Source: Fibrobacterota bacterium | GTDB lineage: Bacteria; Fibrobacterota; Fibrobacteria; UBA11236 | NCBI GenBank assembly: GCA_028287465.1 | Contig: JAQBPO010000003.1 | Location: forward strand, 12,912-76,911 | Direction: 5' to 3' | DNA length: 64,000 nt | Shown here: positions 43,151-51,095 of the stretch, one piece after another | Numbering within the stretch: the first letter of the stretch is position 1 | How the letters are laid out: each line of letters opens with the position of its first letter | The notes under the pieces: model-generated | What the model saw: the letters and a program-made list of their open reading frames with translations, nothing else | What the model was told of the DNA's origin: nothing | Databases searched by the model: none | Made by a program: the position numbers and the translations under genes

Positions 43151-43603
43151 TCAGCGTTCCAAAAGGCGTTTGACCATTTGCAGCACCTGCATTGGCGTGA
43201 AAGGCTTGGGGAGGAAATCCACCAATCGCCTTTCCAACAGCCTCAGCAGACTCTTCTCATGGGCCTGGGGATTCCCGGACATGCAAACCACCTTGACCTC
43301 GGGACGGGTACGCGACAGGTAATCCGCGACCACGGTGCCGGGTATGCCGGGCATGGCGAGATCGGTCAGGACCAGGTCGATATCCGGATCGTCCTCGAGG
43401 ATGCGCAGGGCCAGGGTTCCGTCCGCCACCGATTCGATCCGATAGCCTTCGGAGGAAAGCAGGCTGACCAGGAGCCGGCGGATGGAGGTCTCGTCCTCGA
43501 CTATCAGGATGGATTTCGGGGGCAGCGGCGTCCACCCTTGGGCCGCGTTGGCGGATGCGCGGGCTTCCGCCTCCCGCCCATAGTTCATCAAATTGGATTT
43601 CAT
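43151..43603 (-). CDS. stand-alone response-regulator receiver (CheY-like) protein
   Basis: ILIVEDE.., DLVLTDLAMPG (phospho-acceptor Asp) and LPKPF (conserved Lys). There is no output domain and no histidine kinase in the window. Confidence 0.85.
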   Translation of the reverse strand: MKSNLMNYGREAEARASANAAQGWTPLPPKSILIVEDETSIRRLLVSLLSSEGYRIESVADGTLALRILEDDPDIDLVLTDLAMPGIPGTVVADYLSRTRPEVKVVCMSGNPQAHEKSLLRLLERRLVDFLPKPFTPMQVLQMVKRLLER

Positions 43604-43640
43604 CTTGAGGGCCTTCCTTCCGGATCGTGCTTATGGAAAC

Positions 43641-46094
43641 TCATCGCTTGTCCCACCCTTTTACCGTCCCTATCGATCCGCCGAACCTCCACGCCATTTC
43701 CAGGCCTTCCTGGGAGGTGTAAAGGAACCCTTGCCCCTGTCGATTGACCAGGATGGGCCTCCCGTCCAGGAACACCGCCGGGGCGCGTACCGTGCGTCCC
43801 AGGATGACGAGGTCCCCATCAAGCCTTCCCGACAGGGTATTCCCGCCGCCCTCGGACCCGGTAAGGAGCGGGATCCCGTTCCGGGAATCCGGCGACACCG
43901 TTTTCAGTCCGATCAAGGGGAAGAGCCCCTGATGCCCATCCAGCCGGCCGTAGAGCCGGGAAGCGATCCCGGTTTCGGATTCCGCCACCAGGCTGTCCCC
44001 TTCGACCTTCAGGTAATAGGCATACACGGCGGAATCGCGGTCCCGTCCCGGGGAACCGGAGGTGAGGTATTCCCGCACCAGGGCGCCTCCCGCGCTGTCC
44101 GAACGTTCGACGGCCAGGGTATCACCCGTGTAACGCAAATGCCCGGCGGAATCCTCCTCGAACCCCAGATAGGCCGAGGCGCCTCCCGCAAGGGGGAAGC
44201 GGGCGGCTTCATCCAGGCCGTTTCGGGACATCCAGGCCTTGAGCCCGGCCATAAATGTCCCCGCTTCATCCCCGGATCCGGAGGTCTTTATGAACCCGCG
44301 TTTGCCGGCAAGGACGTACTCCAAGGTACCCGTCAAGGCTGGGATGCCCGTATCGGCGAGGGCCGGCGGATCCTGGGACAGGGGTTCCAACAAGCGGCGC
44401 AGGGAATCGAGTTCCGCCTCGGTGAGCCTCAGGGAGATCCGCGCGCCGTCCAAGCGGATCGCGTAGCCGTCGCGGGTCACCGCCAGGGCCTTCACGGCTC
44501 CGCGCATGGGCTTGTCCCAGGAATACCCGTCCGCTGCCGATCCGCTGCGATAGAACAGGATGGGGTCCTCCCCCGCCCCGGCGGGCTGGCCGGGCTTGGG
44601 GTCCCCCAAGGCCAATTCGCCCGATAGTTCCTCCACGCCGCCCGCGGAATCGACGCGATAGCGCTGCACGATGCGGGATCCGCGATGCCGGTCCAGGATG
44701 AGACCGCCCGGCAACAGGGAAGGGACCATGGAATCCGGGAATCCGAAACGGGCCCTTTGCAGGAAGCCGATTTCCGGGATGTCCTCGAGCCGTTCATCCC
44801 GGCGCGGGCGGAACAGCCGTCCACCCATGGCCCGATCGGGGAGCAGGAAAAAAGTGAATCGGGATGCGTCGAGCGGGCCCAAGAGGGCCATCTCCGCCTC
44901 GTCCGCGCCCAGGTCGATCCATTCCGGAAGGTCGGCCGGCCCGTCCATGCCTGCCAATCCCCCTTGCAATCCCCAGAAAGCCGCGGCGGCCGGGTCCAAG
45001 GGACGGCTGGCCGTCACGTGGAAACGCCACATGGTCCGGTTCGCGGGTCCCGGGATCCGGACCGCACCGTCCGCCTGGACCGCGCTCAAGGGCCAGATGC
45101 GTTCCGAAGCGTCCAATACCACGCGCCACTCCCGCGTCAGGGTCGTGTCGGGATAATGCAGCGCCAGGCGGAGGCGGCCGGAAGCGGCCCCGGCGAAGGT
45201 GGTTGAATCAACCACCACCTTGGTATCCGAAATGCCGTCGGGACCTGTGACGTTCAGGCCCGCAAAGGCCCGGCCGTTCCAGGTCCATTCCACCGAGGAC
45301 GGCAGAACCTTGCTCTCTTCTCCACGGTGGATCTTCCCGCCGATGGAGACCGGCATCCACGCGGCGCGGATCGTCAGATCCCCGCTGTCCGGAAAGCCGA
45401 AGAAATATTCGGGGTACAACTTGAGGGTATCGTCCAGCACCGTCGTCTTTCCCGCCTGGACGCTGACCCGGTAGGCCTCGGTCGGGACCCGGCAGGTGAA
45501 GCACTGGGGCACCAGCTCATATTCCCCTTCCGGCAGGGAATCCAGGCGGAAGGCTCCCGCATCGTCCGCCCTGGGGGGAGTCTGGAGGGTGGCCTTGGGC
45601 CTGACCCAGACATTGGTCCTGGCTGCCGACCCCACGATCTTGGCGACGCCGCTGATGCCTCCCAGGGGCTTGAGGACCTCGTCGATCAGGGTGGTATCGT
45701 TCCCGGCCTGGACGGAAACGGAATCGGCCATGACGCCCCCCGCAGGGTCCACGGCCATCACCCGGTAGGAACCGGGCGCGACGTCCTTGAAGGAGAAGCG
45801 TCCATCCTGTCCCGTACGCGTCCGATAGTAGGTTCCGGCCAGATCCCCCTGGCCGATGGCGGCCCCGGTATCGGGCAGGTAGGTCCGGGCCACCAAGGCC
45901 ACGGATACCCCGGCGGCCGGCGAGCCATCCCGGAGGGACAGCTTGCCGCCCGCATTGCCGGCTTCGGTCGAGCTTCCTGCCACGCGGCCGTCCGGGGAAA
46001 GGCAGCCGGCCAGCAGCAGGCTCCCCAGGACGCACATCGCCCAAGCCAGGATGGGAAGGATCCGAGCGACGACGGATACGCGGGACATGTTCAT
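43641..46094 (-). CDS. 817-aa lipoprotein with two carboxypeptidase-regulatory-like (CarboxypepD_reg) repeats and a large uncharacterised C-terminal region
   Basis: Lipobox ..LLLAG/C. Repeats have the type GRFSFKDVAPGSYRV and GAFRLDSLPEGEYEL. ATGA overlap with the upstream TIGR02147 gene (46091-46094). Confidence 0.7.
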   Translation of the reverse strand: MNMSRVSVVARILPILAWAMCVLGSLLLAGCLSPDGRVAGSSTEAGNAGGKLSLRDGSPAAGVSVALVARTYLPDTGAAIGQGDLAGTYYRTRTGQDGRFSFKDVAPGSYRVMAVDPAGGVMADSVSVQAGNDTTLIDEVLKPLGGISGVAKIVGSAARTNVWVRPKATLQTPPRADDAGAFRLDSLPEGEYELVPQCFTCRVPTEAYRVSVQAGKTTVLDDTLKLYPEYFFGFPDSGDLTIRAAWMPVSIGGKIHRGEESKVLPSSVEWTWNGRAFAGLNVTGPDGISDTKVVVDSTTFAGAASGRLRLALHYPDTTLTREWRVVLDASERIWPLSAVQADGAVRIPGPANRTMWRFHVTASRPLDPAAAAFWGLQGGLAGMDGPADLPEWIDLGADEAEMALLGPLDASRFTFFLLPDRAMGGRLFRPRRDERLEDIPEIGFLQRARFGFPDSMVPSLLPGGLILDRHRGSRIVQRYRVDSAGGVEELSGELALGDPKPGQPAGAGEDPILFYRSGSAADGYSWDKPMRGAVKALAVTRDGYAIRLDGARISLRLTEAELDSLRRLLEPLSQDPPALADTGIPALTGTLEYVLAGKRGFIKTSGSGDEAGTFMAGLKAWMSRNGLDEAARFPLAGGASAYLGFEEDSAGHLRYTGDTLAVERSDSAGGALVREYLTSGSPGRDRDSAVYAYYLKVEGDSLVAESETGIASRLYGRLDGHQGLFPLIGLKTVSPDSRNGIPLLTGSEGGGNTLSGRLDGDLVILGRTVRAPAVFLDGRPILVNRQGQGFLYTSQEGLEMAWRFGGSIGTVKGWDKR

Positions 46095-46918
46095 ACCGTC
46101 CCCTCTTTCTTGGTCACCGGGAAGAATTGCACGTTACATTGGAAAACCTGGTCGGATTTCTGGTCGGCGACGGCGATGGCGGAAAGCCGCTTGCGGAAGG
46201 CCTGGATTTCGGATTTCACCTGATCGAAACTTTCCATCGAAAGGGTCAAGGTCATGCAGGAGATGTCGCGCTCGGCCATGGGAAGCTTGTCCAGGGCGGC
46301 CTTGGCCAGCTCCATCGTCTCCATTTGGAAGTTGGCGACCTGCAGGGAACGGATCTCGTTGCCCGTGGTCACCGCCGCATCCTTCTGGCGGTAGATGCCT
46401 TCCGCATCCTTCTCCACGAAATCCAGGGCTTCCAACTCCTTGACCGAACGCTCCACCTCTTCGGAGGGGATGGGCGGCATCAGCATGCGGGCGGCGGTCT
46501 TGAAATCGTCCTTGAGCCGGTGGAAGTAGAGCATCTCCCGGATCACCACATAGTGCCATTTGGAAAAGAGGTTGAGCTGCTTCTTGGAAAGCGAGCGGGT
46601 CTCCACCTTCTGGTTCGCGACCATGCGCTTCATTTGGGCGTTCTTGTCTTCCAGGGATCGCGCCTGGGTAAACAGGACCAGGCATTCGAAGTAGCGCGCC
46701 TCGGCCGCCTTGAGCTTGAGGATGCCCGCCAGCTTCTGGACCTGTTCCGGCGTCAGGTTCTTCCGTCCGGAAAGGACGTTCGCCAGGAAGCCGGTGGAAC
46801 TGATCCCCATCTTCTGCAATACGGCGCGATGGGAGAACAGGCGGTTCTCCTTCTTCTTCTCCTCGAGAAGGTTCTTCAGGAATTTCCTGTAGTCGCTGTA
46901 TTGGTAGATGTCGGGCAT
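46091..46918 (-). CDS. TIGR02147/DUF4423-family protein with N-terminal XRE-like HTH
   Basis: MPDIYQYSDYRKFLKNLL..FSHRAVLQKMGISSTGFLANVLSGRKNLT.EQV.KLA..LKL.. is the family's N-terminal pattern. 275 aa from ATG 46918. Confidence 0.8.
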   Translation of the reverse strand: MPDIYQYSDYRKFLKNLLEEKKKENRLFSHRAVLQKMGISSTGFLANVLSGRKNLTPEQVQKLAGILKLKAAEARYFECLVLFTQARSLEDKNAQMKRMVANQKVETRSLSKKQLNLFSKWHYVVIREMLYFHRLKDDFKTAARMLMPPIPSEEVERSVKELEALDFVEKDAEGIYRQKDAAVTTGNEIRSLQVANFQMETMELAKAALDKLPMAERDISCMTLTLSMESFDQVKSEIQAFRKRLSAIAVADQKSDQVFQCNVQFFPVTKKEGTV

Positions 46919-46937
46919 GGCTGGACTCACTATGCAA

Positions 46938-46966
46938 ACTTTATTATTACCCGGCCTACCGTACAA
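46938..46966 (-). promoter_or_regulatory. sigma70-type promoter candidate for the TIGR02147 operon (TTGTAC - 17 nt - TAAAGT on the minus strand)
   Basis: Read on the reverse complement: -35 at 46966-46961, -10 at 46943-46938, about 20 nt before ATG 46918, inside an unusually AT-rich 330-bp gap. Confidence 0.3.
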
Positions 46967-46983
46967 CAGGTTTTATTAAATAC

Positions 46984-47002
46984 CGCTTACTCCAAGTAAG
47001 CG
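46984..47002. promoter_or_regulatory. perfect palindrome CGCTTAC-N5-GTAAGCG upstream of the TIGR02147 operon (operator candidate)
   Basis: 7-bp arms at 46984-46990 and 46996-47002, read directly, 17 nt upstream of the -35 candidate. The half-site equals the GCTTAC core of the repeats at 3228..3283 and 50649..50666. Confidence 0.5.
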
Positions 47003-47088
47003 ACCTTGAGCGACTTTAACTCATTTTGCCCAATGAAAATAGGGTTCATAGCGCTTCCAAGGAATTCTTTTTTTGAACTTGAGGCGAT

Positions 47089-47100
47089 TTACCGGTAAGC
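47089..47100. promoter_or_regulatory. second palindromic GCTTACCG-type site (TTACCGGTAA / CGGTAAGC)
   Basis: TTACCGGTAA is a perfect 10-bp palindrome (47089-47098). CGGTAAGC (47093-47100) is the reverse complement of GCTTACCG. Confidence 0.4.
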
Positions 47101-47251
47101 AACCTGGAAGTGCCGGAAACCCCACGGAAACTTCCGGAAGGTGACGCTTTTTCTCCAAAAGATACAGGGTGGTCCGCCTCAAAAAAGTCAAGCCGGACGG
47201 GAGGAGGATGCGGAGGGAATCAGGGAGCGCCTGGTTTGCAGCCGGCAGCCT

Positions 47252-48169
47252 TCAAAAAGCGGAGAACCAGGCGGACTCCTCGGGAGAAAGGGATGACCAG
47301 AAGGCATCCAACTTCCGCCTTGCCTCCGCCAAAACCGGGCTACCGGAATCCCGGACGGCTTCGAGGGACGCGGCATTCCGGATCCGGAAGGCGTTCCGGA
47401 GGGGAATATAAATGCCTTCCAACTTGTTCCATTGGGCGTACTCCAGCGCCTTGCCCAGATCCAGGCGACGGGATCCCGGCCCCTGGAAGTCCGTAAAGTC
47501 CTGGGACCAATCTGAGGACAGGACGAAACGCGCGACTCTTCGATACGCGTTCGGGAATCCCGCCAACTCGCGCATGATTCCCATCCCGGCCTTGAACTGT
47601 TGCCCTCCTTCCAGGTACACCGCCAAAGCGTATTCACCGGGATCCCGGGAGATGAGGGCAAAGCCCTTCTTGTCCCGGGAACGGCTCGGGGCTTTGATGG
47701 ATAGCGACAGGGTATCCGAAACCGCGAGGCTGTCCGGGGTCCGGAGCAGAAGCCGGTAACGTCCCGGTTTCCGGAACACCAATCCTCCTTCCGAAGCGAT
47801 CAAGCGGGCGAAACGCACCTGGGGAGCCGCCCCCGTTCCGATCGCGGACCGGGAAGTCACGAGTCCGTGCGCGGAATCGGGGAGAGACCCGGTCCCGGCG
47901 ATCCCGGTCCGGAAATGCAATGGCGGTCGATACGTTTGCGCATCCCCGTCCGGATCCAGGATGGAAAGCAATATGGTGCCTTCCTCCAAGGCGGGCGGGA
48001 GACCGTCATGGGATCCGATACGGAGGTAAACGGGTTCACCCAGGAGGAAAGCCGACCGTTCCACGCTCAAAGAGAAACGGCCGGCCCAGGTTGGAAGCGC
48101 CAAGGAGAGAACGAGACAAAGACGGACGACCGCCCTTGAAAGGAGGCGGGAGGTGGAACCCACGCGCAT
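47252..48169 (-). CDS. secreted protein of unknown function (third gene of a three-gene operon)
   Basis: Signal peptide ..LCLVLSLALPTWA/G. 305 aa, starting 6 nt after the upstream stop. No motif recognised. Confidence 0.65.
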   Translation of the reverse strand: MRVGSTSRLLSRAVVRLCLVLSLALPTWAGRFSLSVERSAFLLGEPVYLRIGSHDGLPPALEEGTILLSILDPDGDAQTYRPPLHFRTGIAGTGSLPDSAHGLVTSRSAIGTGAAPQVRFARLIASEGGLVFRKPGRYRLLLRTPDSLAVSDTLSLSIKAPSRSRDKKGFALISRDPGEYALAVYLEGGQQFKAGMGIMRELAGFPNAYRRVARFVLSSDWSQDFTDFQGPGSRRLDLGKALEYAQWNKLEGIYIPLRNAFRIRNAASLEAVRDSGSPVLAEARRKLDAFWSSLSPEESAWFSAF

Positions 48170-48175
48170 CCGCGT

Positions 48176-50011
48176 TCAGTTGGGAGTGAAGGGAGGCATG
48201 GGACCGGAGATCGGCGGGACCCCGAAGCGGCCGGGTTTGACCCATGCTTCCGGAGCCTTGCGATACCAATCGAATTCCGAGAAACCGGAACCGGGAGACG
48301 CGCCGCGGTTGAATCCGACGGAGTTATGGTCCACGTCGGTCAGGCTCATGACCGAACCTTCCCGGCACTCTTGCACGCAATTGAAGGCCTGGTAGGCGCA
48401 TCCTTGCGCCCCGGGAGGGCAGACGGCCCCGCATCTTTTCCCGCCGCACCCGGAAGCGTCCTTCCAGCAATAACCCGCGAAGGAACACGCTCCCCAGGAG
48501 GGATCCATGTTGAGGGCGAGTCCGGCCGAGTGCAAGGCGCTCGATCCGGCCTGACGCCGCTGGAAATCGGTTCCCCTGCCCGCCAAGGCCGGCCAGAAGA
48601 CCGCCGCGCCTTCCCGGGAAATCCCGTTGGCATCGGCGGTGCCGAAATCGAACATCGCCTCCCAAACGCCCGGTTCGCCCTGCAGGGTCCAATCCACCAC
48701 GTAGAGATCCATACGCCAATCGCGCACGTTTTCCATCGAGCCAGGGGAATAATCGCGGGTGGCCGTCATCAGGTTGTGCAACTGGGCCTCCGTCACGGCC
48801 TGGCCCGGGGAAGCATAGCCGTCGAAGGGAAGGTAGCCGATCCCGTTCTCCCCGCTACGGACCACGGTGAGATCCGATGCGCCCGCCAGTTCCCCCATCG
48901 CGTTACGGAAGGTCCTGGCTCCGGCACCGGTATAACGCAGGACGGCATCCGGGTCGAACCCGAACCCTCCAAGATAGTCGGGATGGTGCTGATGCACGGT
49001 AACGGCCAGGGGACGGCCGTTGCCGCGCTGGAACAGCTTGCCTCCGAACTTATAGGTTCCTCCTCCGGGTGGCGCGCCCAGATCCAGGAAAACCATCTGA
49101 TCCCGGCCTCCGAAGGCATAGCGCGGAGCCTTTCCGGATTCCCCGGTGAATTGCAGCGGAGTCGTGATATCCGCCCGGGGACTGAGATTCCCGTCGAATC
49201 CGGTATAGGCCTTGAACGTCGCCTCCACGGGCGTAACGGCGTCTCCCCAGAGGACCATGCCGAATTGCGGGTTTCCGGCGTTGAGGATCCGGGCGAAACC
49301 CGCATTCTCGATTCCCGGCCCGGCCTCCCGGGGCAGGGCGGGATAGGCCACGGAAATCTCATGGGCCGTCGTTGACCAATATCCGCTGGCGGGACGCTTG
49401 GAAGGGGAATAGACCAACCTTCCGTCCGCGGCCTCGCTCCTGGGGACCTGGGGGGGGCTGATGGAGCGCCCTTCGCTCGCATCGTTCCAGAGGAATTCGG
49501 CGATATTGTTGCTCGCGCCGGCCATGTCGTAATCGATGCGGATCACGATATCCCAGGGTTGGCTTCCGGAGTAACCTGCGCCGGTGAAATAGGCGTTGGC
49601 CTCGAACTTTCCGTCGTCCACGAAGAACAGGACCACGACGAGGCTCACGTCCTGGGTTACCTTGAAGCTTCCGTATTTCGTAAGGTACCCATCGCCTTCC
49701 ATCTCGCCCATGAAATCCTGGCCCAGGAGAGGGTATTGGACCCCGTTCAACCTCACCCCCGCCACGGAGAGGTTGTAAAACGCGGCTTTCGATTCCGGCT
49801 GGCCCGCCCCGAGCCATACCCGCTTTTCCGCGCCTTGCACGTAGAATCCCTGACCGGCGGCGAAGCCCCAATCCTGGATGGACCAATGCGAGGTGGTGTC
49901 CAGGGCCGGATAGGAAAAGGCTTGTACGCGCAAAGGCGAAAGCAATGCCAGCGCCGCGAGGTAGAATGCCGTCGCCAACCTTGTGGGAAGGGATCCGCCG
50001 GACCGTCTCAT
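48176..50011 (-). CDS. 611-aa secreted protein of unknown function with Cys-rich C-terminal segment
   Basis: Signal peptide ..LALLSPLRVQA/F and ATGA overlap with the upstream gene (50008-50011). Ten Cys lie within ~45 aa near the C-terminus (WGACSFAGYCWKDASGCGGKRCGAVCPPGAQGCAYQAFNCVQEC). Confidence 0.7.
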   Translation of the reverse strand: MRRSGGSLPTRLATAFYLAALALLSPLRVQAFSYPALDTTSHWSIQDWGFAAGQGFYVQGAEKRVWLGAGQPESKAAFYNLSVAGVRLNGVQYPLLGQDFMGEMEGDGYLTKYGSFKVTQDVSLVVVLFFVDDGKFEANAYFTGAGYSGSQPWDIVIRIDYDMAGASNNIAEFLWNDASEGRSISPPQVPRSEAADGRLVYSPSKRPASGYWSTTAHEISVAYPALPREAGPGIENAGFARILNAGNPQFGMVLWGDAVTPVEATFKAYTGFDGNLSPRADITTPLQFTGESGKAPRYAFGGRDQMVFLDLGAPPGGGTYKFGGKLFQRGNGRPLAVTVHQHHPDYLGGFGFDPDAVLRYTGAGARTFRNAMGELAGASDLTVVRSGENGIGYLPFDGYASPGQAVTEAQLHNLMTATRDYSPGSMENVRDWRMDLYVVDWTLQGEPGVWEAMFDFGTADANGISREGAAVFWPALAGRGTDFQRRQAGSSALHSAGLALNMDPSWGACSFAGYCWKDASGCGGKRCGAVCPPGAQGCAYQAFNCVQECREGSVMSLTDVDHNSVGFNRGASPGSGFSEFDWYRKAPEAWVKPGRFGVPPISGPMPPFTPN

Positions 50012-50460
50012 TTTCCGCCTCCCGACCCGGGGGTTTTCATGCGGACCCGCAAGTCATGGGACAAGGTGCGGACCATGGCGACGGCCCGCTCATCCGCCGA
50101 ACCGGTCCCGAACTCGCCTGGATGTTGCCGCAGGAAATCGCGCAATTGGGAAACCTTCGCCGGGAAGCGCAACTCCTCGCCGGAAAGCCCATCCTGGAAA
50201 TACACCTCGAGAAGCGGATTGGAAGCGCCTTCCTGCGAGACCAGGGCGGCGATATCGGTCGCCGAATCGAGGTTGATTGGCCGGGCCTCCACCCCTACCT
50301 CAGCCCCCTCCTCGCCTTTGGATTCGGGAACCAAGGTGATCTTGACCAGACCGTCTCCGGTACGGAATTCCTTGGTTGAAGGGAGGGAAGGATCCGCGGG
50401 AATGGACTCGACGATCCCGATAAGGGAATAAACCAAAATCGCGCGCGCGGATAACCGCAT
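50008..50460 (-). CDS. small secreted protein of unknown function (first gene of the operon)
   Basis: ATG 50460 preceded by GGAGG. N-terminal hydrophobic segment MRLSARAILVYSLIGIV. 150 aa. Confidence 0.6.
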   Translation of the reverse strand: MRLSARAILVYSLIGIVESIPADPSLPSTKEFRTGDGLVKITLVPESKGEEGAEVGVEARPINLDSATDIAALVSQEGASNPLLEVYFQDGLSGEELRFPAKVSQLRDFLRQHPGEFGTGSADERAVAMVRTLSHDLRVRMKTPGSGGGK

Positions 50461-50565
50461 GAATCCTCCGGTCGGGTAAAACCATGCATAAATTACATGA
50501 AACACAATGCCGATGTGAAGGGTTTTAACCTTCTTATATGAAGATTATCGACGGAATACCCCCGA

Positions 50566-50594
50566 TTGATTTCACGAGCCCTGGATGGTATAAT
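50566..50594 (+). promoter_or_regulatory. sigma70-type promoter candidate with extended -10 (TTGATT - 17 nt - TATAAT, TG at -15/-14)
   Basis: -35 at 50566-50571, TGG-TATAAT at 50586-50594. It points toward the GH13 gene, whose ATG lies ~500 nt downstream. Confidence 0.35.
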
Positions 50595-50648
50595 CCCCTC
50601 CAAGCCATGCCCTGCCTGGTCTGTAGGCTGAGACCACCGTAACACCGC

Positions 50649-50666
50649 GCTTACCGATGCTTACCG
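50649..50666 (+). repeat. GCTTACCG-AT-GCTTACCG tandem doublet in the divergent intergenic region
   Basis: Copies at 50649-50656 and 50659-50666. The period is the same 10 bp as the first doublet at 3228..3245. Confidence 0.8.
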
Positions 50667-51095
50667 GATCCCGGGTTCCGGCGTGATCTCCGAGTCGATC
50701 GCGCCCTGGATCCGGATTTGGATCCGGAGATCCGGGCTCCCCCCATCCCACCTTCGGAATTGAACAATCCGATAGGCGTTTTCCCCCTTTCATCGGCAGT
50801 CAGCGATTGGTAAAAACAGCCGGATTCAATGGGTTCCCCCATCGGAAAACCTTGATGCGGCACCGGTTGGAGAACGGTTTTTGGGCCATTTCCATCGGAT
50901 TGGGAATGGGTTCGGGATTGGGGGGGTAAGTTTTCCTGGGGAATCCGGTCGTCCGGAATGCGGCTTGGGCGTGATCAAGGTGAACACGCTTTGTCTCGGC
51001 GGCCATGATCCCGATAGGGGCTTTGGCGATAAGTTGTCTGGGAATCCGAACGGTTGCTCCGGTTCCGGGATTCAAAATCGGGAAGAGGCGGGACA

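Noticed and set aside
48176-50011. Local resemblance of ..FFVDDGKFEANAYFTGAGYSG..IRIDYDMAGASNNIAEF.. and HQHH in the 611-aa secreted protein to copper amine oxidase motifs
   Set aside because: The order and spacing of the motifs differ from copper amine oxidases. There is no N-Y-(D/E)-Y TPQ precursor site, and the His pair does not precede the RxDxDxxG-like block. This is too weak to call without a profile or structure search.
50731-50740. TCCGGGCTCC resembling the conserved GUCCGGGCUCC core of RNase P RNA
   Set aside because: The match is only 10 nt. The flanking sequence lacks the other universally conserved RNase P blocks, and I found no plausible P1-P4 pairing.
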